The notes below the pieces were generated by a model, which saw only the letters and a program-made list of their open reading frames with translations, ran no database searches and was not told where the DNA came from. Positions 39,256 through 49,530 of a DNA stretch of 64,000 bases are shown in pieces. Each line of letters begins with the position of its first letter. The first letter of the stretch is position 1. Made by a program: the position numbers and the translations under genes. Origin of the DNA: Lama glama (taxonomy: Eukaryota); the NCBI GenBank assembly GCA_028534125.1, contig CM052818.1, positions 2,048,001-2,112,000 of the forward strand, written 5' to 3'.

Positions 39256-39366
39256 GTGGTAGAGTGCAGGCTTAGCATGCATGAGGTGTTGGGTTTAAGC
39301 CCCAGTACTGCCTCTAAAAATAAAATATGTAAACCTAACTACCTCCTCCTTAAAAAAAAAAAAAAA
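39256..39366 (+). mobile_element. 5'-truncated Vic-1-like SINE
   Basis: agtggtagagtgcaggcttagcatgcatgagg...ccccagtactgcctc...aaacctaactacctcc plus poly(A). Confidence 0.8.
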
Positions 39367-40865
39367 CTCAATGGATGAGTCCATTAAATGTAGCTGAATA
39401 GAGAATTAGTAAACTGGAAGACAGTTCTGAGAATATTACCCAAATTGTAGGACAGAAAGACACACAAATGGAAAATATATATGAGAGTTTAAGAAATGTG
39501 GAGAGTAGAATGATAAAGCACAACATGTTTCTAGCAGAGGTTTCTGAATGGGAGAACAGAGAATGGGAGAGAAGCAACATCTAAAGATAACGGCTGAGAA
39601 CCGTCTACATTCTGGTGAAAGACATGACTTGTATTCAGGAAATAACCACCTCAAACAAGGGATACAAAAATAAATCCCTATGTAGACACATCGTAGTGAA
39701 ATTACAGAACCCAGAAGATAATGGGGAGATACTAAAAGTAGCAAGAGGGAAAAAACAGATTACTTAGAAAGGAACAGCATTTAAAAAGACAGCAGACTTT
39801 TCATCATCAACAACAAATGTCAGTTGACAATTGGATCATCTTCAAAGTAATGAGGTTAATTGTCAACTACAATTCCATACCCAGCAAATGTATATTTCAA
39901 AAGTGAGAATGAAACAGTATTTTCATAAAGACAGAGGAAGTATACTATTCATAAGCCCTCACTGAAAAACAAAAAAACACAGAAAGGTGTTTTCAAGAGG
40001 GAAGAAATTAAACCCAGAAGTTAGCAATGAGAGATGAGAAACTATAGCAAGGAAAGAAATGTATCAACTTGTAGGTAGATCTAAACAAGTATTGATTCTA
40101 GAAAACAATCATTACTATGATGGTTAACTTTGGAGGAGTACATAAGTGGGAATGAAAGATCGGAAAATTACATATTAGTAAAAAGTAGTGCTTGGTCTTC
40201 ATACTGTTTAAGAAGACAGTAGATAGATTGAGCAAGTTTAGACTTTGTTAGGTAGTAATGTGGGGGAAAAAAAGTACATTCCATAAAAATAGAAATAGAT
40301 GTGTGCCTTCCAAGTAGGATAAATGTGTATCTTACCACCTCTGGGCTGTCTACCCTTAGGCTCCTCTCATGAGAGAGTGAAAACAGTTTTTTGTTTCAGG
40401 CGTTGAATTTAGATCTCTAGCAGTCACTGCCAAATTTAGTATTAACTGGTATAATTGTTGAATAATATTTCTCCACCAATATACCATCAGATCCAGCTTG
40501 GAAGGGACCATTTCTATCTTGTCTCTTCCTATATTTTGGAACTTGGTACAGTGCTTGTACAAATTGGATTCATGTGAAGAAGGGAGGGAAAGTAAAAGAA
40601 AAGGAAGGAAAAGAAGAAAAGGAAGGCTATCTATAGACTCAGCTCCCTGGAGCATCATAATCGGAGAGTGTTTATTAATGAATCAGCATCAGCCTGAAGA
40701 AGTATTTGCATGTGCAATCTATACTGGTCCTTGTCTTCTTTAACATAGTAATCAATTATTTGGGTGAGGGTAATGACTTGATGCTATTCAGTTTGATAGT
40801 TAATGGGAATAACTAATATATTAAGCAGTAGAATCAGGACCAAGAAAAAAATCTTGACTAGCTAC

Positions 40866-41374
40866 TGTAGACAGAATAATGTGCCTCCACCAAAAAAAAA
40901 TATATATATATATATATCCAACCAGGTGCTATTCCCTGGAGCTGGTGAATATGTTACTTTACATGGCAAAAAAGACTTTGCAGATGTGGTTACATTAAAC
41001 ATCTTAAGAAGGAGAGATTATTCTGAATTATCTGGGTGGGCCCAGTGTAATCACAAGAATCCTTCAGAGTCATAGAAAGAGATGTGGTGACAGAAACAGA
41101 GAGATATTTGAGGATGCTATGCTGTTGGCTTTAAAGATGGAGGAAGGGACCGTGATCCCAGGAATGTGGAAAACCTCTAGACACTAGAAAACACAAGGAA
41201 ACTGATTTTCTCCCAGAGCCTCCAGAGAAATGAAGCTCTGCCCACACCTTGATTTTAGCCCAGTGAAGCCCATTTTGAACTTCCAACCTCTAGAACCGTA
41301 AGACATAAATTTGTAATGTTTTAAGCCACTGAACTTGTGATAATTTGTTATAGCAGCAAAACAAAGCTAATACA
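40866..41374 (+). mobile_element. MLT1D-like solo LTR
   Basis: tgtagacagaataatg...gactttgcagatgtg...ttatctgggtgggcccagtgtaatcacaag...ttttaagccact...tttgttatagcagc...ctaataca. Confidence 0.9.
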
Positions 41375-41389
41375 TTGACTGAAATTGTA

Positions 41390-42110
41390 AGAGGGTTTAA
41401 CAAAAGGAAGTGTTTTAAAATATAAATTCAATGCAAAATTTTATGTTGAAGTCAACGAAAACAATCAAACTCAGTTTGCCGGAATATAGCAGACTCCCAT
41501 GATGTGTAAAGGGCCTAAGAATTCTAATTGACTATAACCTCAGTAGAAGACAAATACACAAAGAGACGCAAAAAAAGCTATGTGGGCTTGGAATGGGGAG
41601 ATAGAAGTTCCATGTCATCACTGAGAAGGGTCCCGCGGGCTCCATGTCATCACCGAAGCACAGTGTTTAGCTATGATTCCAGGATATGGATGGGGTTGGG
41701 GTGGGTATAGCTCAGTGGTCGAGCACATGCTTAGCATGTGCGAGGTTCTGGGTTTAACCCCCAGTACCTCCATTTTAAAAAATAACAATGACAAAAGAAA
41801 AAGAAAAAACCCACAAGAAATAAAAAGACATGGACAAACAGAGGACACCTAGATGGGGAGGAATCTAGAAAGCACTTTTTAAAAGGAAGGAACTGGTGTG
41901 AAATTTCAGCAAAATAAGAGAAAATTAAGAAGCTATGCCATTTTCTTAAGGGATGGGACTTACGTTCTGTGGTCCTCAAGGGGAGAACTCAAACCACAGG
42001 GCTCCAAAGGAATGTATTTTATCAATGAAGTAGAAATCTTTCACCCTCCCGGGGGTCCTGAGATAGGATGGATGTGTGGGGCAGTATTCTGAGATTCCTG
42101 CCCCTAGACA
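41390..42110 (+). mobile_element. CR1/L3 LINE remnant
   Basis: aattgactataacctcag...aaaaaagcta...gacatggacaaac...gaaggaactgg...gacttacgttctgtggtcc resemble L3 motifs. Confidence 0.5.
41691..41823 (+). mobile_element. Vic-1-like SINE
   Basis: ggtatagctcagtggtcgagcacatgcttagcatg...ctgggtttaacccccagtacctcc plus A-rich tail; near-TSD aggatatgga / aagacatgga. Confidence 0.85.
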
Positions 42111-43954
42111 TATCTGAGCAAAGCCTGGACGTGTCTTTTAAGGTCTCTTCTGGTGCTTCAAGAGACCGTGCCCCCTTGAATGAGAAGTGAGTTAGGTATG
42201 GAGTCATGAAAGAGGACAGACGACTCCACTTTTTCACCCAGCTCCCTCACCTCCATCCAAGCCACAACTGCAGAAAGAGACATGGGCAGTTAGAATTCTG
42301 CCTCCATCTTGGAAAACCCAAAATTCTGCTGCAAAAATCTTCTCATACGGGAGAGGACCTTGAGTCCTTGCCAGGCAATTCATCCGCTTCCCACCTCACC
42401 AAACAATAACACAGCCAAGGGAAAACTTCTAATTACATCGATAGTGATTCTCATGATCGGTAACATCTTTGAGTTGAGGAACTGTCATATCTTCTGGGCT
42501 CCCATGTCAGTTCTCAGAAAAAAAAAAAAAGACCACTAAAATGAGCAGCAGTGTCCCATCCATCACAGAGCCTAGCTCCTCCTGACCGTGAAGAAGCAGG
42601 AGGGCCCACCCTGCTCTCCCCTCCCTGGGGTACTCTGCACGCATTCCCTCGGGAACCCCAGTCCTGTGGGGGAGGCATGGGGGAACTCCTTTCCCAAAGT
42701 GAGGCAGGCGTCTTGACCTCAGGGATGACCCAGGTATCCGCCTTCCTTTTGCCAAGTCCCAGCCTTAACATGTGTGGGGGGAGGGGTCAGATGAGGGGCA
42801 CAGACTGATGAAAGGGCGGATGGCCCAAGCAAGATCAGGACCTATTTCAGGGTCCAGGGAACAGTGGGCCCTTGGGTGCAGAGGGGTTCCAGGCGGGGAT
42901 GGAGGACGGGGGTGGGGGAGTGGAGCAGAGAATACAGCCTTCCTGGAATGGACCTGAAGCCACAGATTTGTAGTTTCGGTCCTGCACATGGCATCCCCCA
43001 CTATCACCAACTTTAAGGGAATTTCCATCTCCTCTTTGCCCCTCAACTCACCCTCCACCCCTGCCCTGTCCCCAGGACGGGTGGGAAGGGAACTATGGAA
43101 ATTCCCTTTTCAGGAACATGGGGGTGACCCAGAGAGCAAGGGGTGGTGGAAACAAGAGGAATACTGAAAACTGAGAAGGACCCCTTGGCTTCCCGCCCCA
43201 ACTTTCATCCTCAGCCAGAGCATCCTCTGAAGGAGGAGGGACTCCCCAGACCCACCTGCAGGTGCTGAATTTTCCCAAGGCCTCTAGCCCACCCTCCTCC
43301 AGTCCCCCAGCCAGCCCATCCCACTGGGGAGTGAGAAGGCCCAGCCGACAGCTGGGTTGTGCAATCAACAACCCAGATGTGGCTGGGACTCTGGCTTGCA
43401 GCAGCTGCCTCTGTCATCACCCAGGGCCGATGGCCTTTATTTCACCCTTGAGCTGTATTCTAGCAACATTCCTGTCCCTGTCCCAGACAGGCCCCACCTC
43501 AGCCACCACCCTCCTCCAGCAGCTCCAGAGAACACTTAGCGGCCGAGAATCACAGGCCCTGCTCAGCCATACTGTGCCGTGCCACCAACGGGAAAGGCCT
43601 CCCGTCCCCGGGCCTCCATAGATTTGGGCTCAAGTTTGAGCCCTAAGTTCTCTACCTAATTTCCTCATCCTTCCTGAGGCCCTTGAGTTTAGTGATGCAT
43701 TTATTGGCTCCCCACAGGAACTGGATAAAATATAAAACATCTTTTATTGCCCTGGGGTAGTCTAACCCGGGCAAGGTCACATCCCATTCCGCAGCTGCCA
43801 TGGCCACTGTTTTCAGGAAGCCTTGGGTGCGGTCAGTCATCAGGCAATGCCACCGATTCTTTGGCCGCAGAATTGGCAGTCAGTCCGACTTAACAATAAT
43901 CCTCTCTGCTTCACGCAGGACCGCCTGACTCAGAGCAGAGGCACTGGAATTGTT

Positions 43955-44075
43955 TGCTAAATGGGAAAATGAAATAAAGACTCACAGAGGTAGAGAGTTG
44001 CCTGAGGTCACACAGCAAACTCGTGGCAGACACAGGGTTAGAGCCCAGGTGCTGGGCCTTGGAGTTTCTTCTCCC
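43955..44075 (-). mobile_element. MIR fragment
   Basis: gactcacagaggtagagagttgcctgaggtcacacagcaa...agagcccagg. Confidence 0.65.
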
Positions 44076-44099
44076 CGCACCAGACTCTCTGACTTCATA

Positions 44100-44305
44100 A
44101 CTGTGATGGCGGTGAGAGCGGTGGTGATGGTATCAATGGGGGTGATCGCCATGATGGCAGAGTCGATGTCAGTGATGGTGGTGAGGGTGGTGATGAAGTG
44201 CTGTGGTAATGGCGACAGTTAAGGTGGCTATGCTAGCGATGATGGTGATGAGGGTGGAAGTGATGGTGCGAGCGTGGTAATGATGGTGACGGTGCCTTGA
44301 TGTGA
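44100..44305. repeat. Degenerate (GAT/GGT)n low-complexity tract
   Basis: gtgatggcggtgagagcggtggtgatgg... Confidence 0.85.
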
Positions 44306-44449
44306 TAATAAAGACGAGTCCCCTTTCTCTCAAGGAATTCTCTTTAGGAATGCGGAGTGCATGCCAATTTCGACACTAATCTTCAACTCTGGAATGATTC
44401 AGAATCTGAGCCCTTACTCTAATCTTTCTTCAGAAGCAGAAATTAAGCC

Positions 44450-44885
44450 TCATGAGGCAGCCATAAAAATATTCTGCTCAGAACCGTTGCTTTGATGAGC
44501 ATATGGAAAGACAGATCTGGCTGCTGCCCTTGGATCCACCCCAGCGTCGGTGCTGAGGCCTGCTCCAGGAAATGACAGAGCACAGCAGGGCCATTAACGC
44601 GGGCCCGTTCCTGGAGAGGCAAGACTCTTGGGCAAGGTGAATTTCAGGGGCTCCCCATCAGACTCCTCGCCACGGCTGAGATTTTCTTGGGACTGCACTG
44701 AGCCTCAAACTCTTTCTCCCCAGCCCTCCTTCCTTCCCTCTCTCCTTCACAGAGGGCAGACCCTCTGAAGGTTCCCCTCGCTCCTCCAGCTCGTGCTCCT
44801 TTATCCTTCACAGGTGTTTCCCCTAGTAAATCTCCTTCAAGTCTTTTTGCATTTTATTCTGCGCTTTTCGCAAGACCCAAGGGGA
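44450..44885 (+). mobile_element. LTR16-type ERVL LTR
   Basis: gactgcactg...ccttccttccctctctccttcacag...ttatccttcacaggtgtttcccctagtaaatctc...agacccaa. Confidence 0.65.
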
Positions 44886-45481
44886 TCAATCTAAGTGGTC
44901 AAACTCTGTGATACCATTTTGGGGAAAATAAAAATTTTAAAAACATTTTTGAAAGGAGACAGATTTTCTTCTGTGACTTTCAAACTGCCTCTGAGGACAA
45001 TTCCAGGCTGGGATGTGTCATATGCTTTGGGAAACAAAGTAAAGCTTGCCTTTGGAGAATTAAATCCTTGCCTGGGACTTGAAATAGACTGGCAAGAAGG
45101 GAGAAAGGTAGAGAAACCACAGAGCAAAGGCCTTGAGACAGGAATAAACTTGACATGTTCCGGGAACACTCGGGGTGGAGGAGAGGAGGTGGAGAAGAGG
45201 CGAAGCTGAAGCTGAAATGGGGAGGGAACGAGGGGAGGACATGGACGCCAAGGAGAGGACCTGAGATTTGAGGAGACAGGGAAAGAGGTGACACTGAGGA
45301 TGCTTGATTGGGGGGAAGTGCGTTACAGAGTGGCTGGGCAGGGAGGGCTTGTGGGGAAGAGACCATCGGAAGGCTGCTGGGGTCGTCCAGCCAAGCAACG
45401 ATGCAAGTGGGACTGGAATGGTGGATGGAGCATCACACAAAAGATGGGCTGAGAAAGAATCTGTCTCATCGTCTCACTGGA

Positions 45482-45870
45482 TGTTGTTGTGGGGTCCGAC
45501 GGGCTGGTGCTTGGGTGGTAAAACAACTTACCAAAGACAAAGGATGCAAATAGGAAAGGAGTTTATTAGGTGATGCTGTATGGACAACAGCAGGCCACAC
45601 AGACAGAAGGTGCCTGTGTGAGCGCCAGGGCTCGGCTGCTGGGGTCCTTTACAAGGGAAGGTCACGAGGTGCCTGACTGACTCATGCGCAAGTTTTTGAT
45701 TGGTTATGAGAGGTTTAGGGTCCGTGAAGGGTTGTGGGGTTTATGACTCGGCTGCGGTGGAGACGTGGGCTGAAGGGAGCCAGCCTGAGCTGCTGTGAGA
45801 TTAAGGCCTGTTAGTTTGTTCGGGCAAACACGCCCAGTAAAGACTGTGCTTTATCTGTTGAGGGACCACA
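45482..45870 (-). mobile_element. LTR remnant inserted in L2 sequence
   Basis: Starts tgttg, has antisense AATAAA (gtttatt) and a CCAAT box (gattgg); flanked by L2-like purine-rich sequence. Confidence 0.5.
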
Positions 45871-48800
45871 GGCAGACATCCGAGAGCCCAGGAATGGGGG
45901 GGCGCTGCACCCTGAGGGACACTGGTTGGCCCCACAGATGCGACCACTGAAAGGGAGGTAAGGCAGTGAGGGGCCTTAGGGTTTCCGTCCACCAAGTAGA
46001 CTGGTGGTACCTCCTCCGAGGGAAACAAGATGACTGAAAGGAGTTACGTCCCAGAGGGAAGATGACAAATTGTTTGGGGTCACGTTTTTCCAGCAGTCAT
46101 GTCCACCAGGGGCTTGGAAATGTGGGCCTAGAGCTTAGAACCGAGGCTTTGGACCGGGATGTGGCCTTAGAAGATGAAGAATCAGATGAGCTCTCTTCCA
46201 AGGGCGATCAGGGGTGTGGGACAGATGCTGCAGGGAGAAGGCAGATCCTGGCAGCCACCCGCAGGGTGTCAGGGAAGGAGGAGGAAGCCAGAAGTAGAAA
46301 GAGAGAAAGGCAGAGTCCCCTCTGACCGGAGGAGTCCTGGAGGCTGGGCCTTCCTTCCAGCCTGAGGGGTGCCCAAGCTGGCCTGAAAGGAAGTGGGGAC
46401 AGGCACTGGGGGGGGTGTCTTGAAGCCTCAGTGCCTCCTCTAGAGCCATGCCAGAGCAGAGGGGTGACATCCTGGCAGGGCTCGGGACGGCTCCACTGCC
46501 CCGGGGCGGCCTCCCACAGGCTGCTCCTGTGGTCCAGTGGACACGTCGCTCTCCTGGGGTCAGCGCCGGGGCGGCAGCAGCCTCCGTGTGAGGTGGTGAT
46601 GCTGGCATCTGCTTCCCTGGAACAGGGACTAGGAAAACAGATGACCTCAGGCTGAAAGCTCTTAGAATCCTTGCTCAGAAGAGGGCGGAAAAGACGGGGC
46701 TAAAAATACACTCAGACCCAAATACCCTACCTCTCCGGAAAAATTCCAGGCAGCGTGTCCTACAAATGTGCCTGACGCAGGCGCCTGCAATCGGCTGTTC
46801 CCCCACCAGCCTTTTCAGCATGCTCCCCTCTGGCCCGTGCACCTGCCCTCCACCCAGGCTGGGCCCTTCTTCATCCCCGGGGCAGGCTGCATTCATTCTA
46901 GACAAGGGGGTAGGGAAGGTGGAGAGTCAGTAGGATGAGAAGGGAAGGATGGGGAGCCTTGTTCCACTGTGTGTGTGTGTATGTGAGAGAGAGAGCACAC
47001 GTGCACACATGCCCGCTCTTGTGTACAAATACGTGGAGGACTCTATTAACCCAAAGGAAAGAACTAGAGTGTTTGGGATTCCTGAATAATTTCTGGGGCT
47101 CTCGAGATAGGCCTGGACACCCTGAAGAGCTAGTGCCCCCATCTTTTGTGCTAAAAGTGCCTGGGTCCCATCCTGAGCCTCCCAACTTTGGCTGGAGATG
47201 GAGGAGCCCTGCTGGCAGGACCCCAGAGTAGAGGTTTTGGTTCCTCAGCTGCGGCGGTGACTCCGATTTTCCTTCCTCAGTGGTGAGGGATGGGACACAC
47301 CGAGCCCAGGGTGAGTCTAAAGGTGGTCCAGTCCTTTACAACTGTTCCTTTGCTTTTCTCCCAGTACCATCTCCTTCCTGCTGTCTCTGTCCAACTGCCT
47401 CACTCCTTATCTGGGAGCCTCTGAGCTACAGAAGCCCTGAGCCTCACATAAAATCTGACCCTCAGTAGGTGCCCCAAAGCTGCAGCTGGCTGGAAGACAG
47501 GAAGGGAGAGGAGGAGGGAAGATGGGAGAGAAAAATAAGTCTTCAGATCTAAAACTTCTGGCTGCAGGACAGCAAAGATAAAACAGGAATTAAACAGGCA
47601 GACTTCCTGCAGCATCATTCCGTGTACCTGCAGAGCGCACAGCACGCGAGCAGCAGAAACATGGGCTGATCTCACTTTTAACAAAGGGACCGCAGGATAT
47701 AGTCAAAATAGTGAACATTAGTGCCTTTGAAATGCTGAGGAAGGGCACGAGATTCTGAACCCCGCAATTCAACTTGACTCAAGATGGGGTTGCCCACTCC
47801 AGCCCCTCTCCCATCGAGGGCCCGTCGGGAGTGATCTCCACCATCTCCTCCTTCCCCTCCTGTCTGCCGTTCACTCACCCAGCTGGCGATCTGGTCAGAG
47901 CCGGACAGTCCCCGGCTTTCACAGTGGGTGGGTTTCCTCAGGTGACACCTTCTTCTCTCTTTCCCTTTCTAGGGATCAGCCTTCCGAGGCCGGCCAGGCG
48001 GACCAGGTGCTCCCAGCCTACACGGGAGTGGGCGGGGCGGCCGGCCACACAGCTCTGACCTGCTGAGACCCCGGGGGGAAGAGCGTCCTGTCCACCCAGC
48101 TTGTTGGAGCAGCCCTGCTTGGGGAGATGCTGGCTACTCGTTCAGAGATTAGGAAGCTGCTTCTTGGTTTCCCTTTTGGATTTTATCCCTATGTTCAAGA
48201 CTCCCTGGGCAGGGAAGCCGGAAGGTGAACAGGAGAATTCAGGCCCCAGACCTCCCTGGGAACCCCTGACAAGGAGCCAGCGCAGCGGTCACTCAGCAAA
48301 GATGCTAAGACGCCATCCTCAGGATGGCACTTTCCCCAGACCCTGCCCGGTCCACAGCCTTCTGCCCCCAAGGCAGATAAAGTAACGAGCCCAGGCTGGG
48401 AGAGAGGAGACTTGAGATTTTGACTCTGCCCCCGAGGGCATCTTTCCTCCTCCACAGCCCAGCTTCCTCACGTGCAGAATGAGGAGATGGGTCTAGAAGA
48501 CCCCAGAGGACCTCACAACCTCTCATGTTAAGCAACTTTCTGATCGGAATTTGGTTTGATGTCTTCAGCTTTGTGTGCAGGACAGAAGCCCAGAAAACGT
48601 AATGGTGGAGCCATGGGGTTAGGAGAGAAAACTCACATGTGCGAACCAACTGGAGACAAACGCTTGGCAGAGTTTGATTGAATGCCTGAGTGAGTGGATC
48701 AGACCAGCAGTGCCGGCTTGTGGGCTGGAACTCTTGCAAGGGAGCTGTACATCCATATGCCCTACAAGCATTGACCGAAGGCCGAATAAATAATACAACT

Positions 48801-49039
48801 TGCATGTATATGTGTGACGATTTTTCAAATCATCAACGCTGCTGTCACGAATGAAACACAGATTCACTCGGAAGTGGTCCTGCCTGCAGACCTCCTTTGG
48901 GTTACCATGCAGTTTCTCAAACAGCAGACCTTATAAAGACAACCGCGGTTTACAGCGAAATAAAGTGATATCTGAGTTCTTTATAACACTCAAGGGACAA
49001 AAGGCGGGGGGTAGGGGGTGGATGAAACTAGAAGGAGAG

Positions 49040-49316
49040 AATGTTAATAATTATTGAAGCTGGAAGATGAGTACACGAGGGGCTATTATACTGTTGTCTC
49101 TACTTTTGTCCATTCAAAACTTTCCATAATAAAAAGTTTTTTAAAAACTATAAGCGCTCTTATGTGGTCATTCATGGAATCTTTTGACATTAAAAAAGGG
49201 AGGGTTTTTTTTTTTTGTGGAAAGCTGTTCACAATACATTGTTGAATGAAAAAAAGCAGTTATGAAGCCATATGTAAGTATGATTTCAATTCTTTTTTTT
49301 AAAAAAAATGAGTGTA

Positions 49317-49362
<46 letters not shown>

Positions 49363-49530
49363 TAGAAAAAGACCTTCCTTTCAGACCCTCACAGACATGT
49401 GAATGGTGGTTACCTCTAAGTAGAAGGAATGGGATCATTTTTATTTTCTTTATTTTGTTTACCTGTATTTCCAATGAATCTGTTTTCCTTCTTTTTCCTT
49501 TCAAAATACAATTTTTAATGCATTATAATG
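49040..49530 (+). mobile_element. Old L1 (L1MC/ME) 3' end fragments with (TG)n
   Basis: attattgaagctgg...tattatactgttgtctctacttttgt...ttccataataaaaag; (TG)n at about 49313-49360. Confidence 0.65.

Larger units (their letters stand above)
37480..40300 (+). mobile_element. Old L1 5'/ORF1 remnant hosting nested insertions
   Basis: ORF1-like A-rich sequence (gaaaaagaaccaaatagaacttctagaaatgaaa; gaatagagaattagtaaactggaagacag) on both sides of the 37743-39124 insert. Confidence 0.75.

Noticed and set aside
41400..42110. Additional exon interrupted by a SINE
   Set aside because: Better explained as a CR1/L3 remnant.
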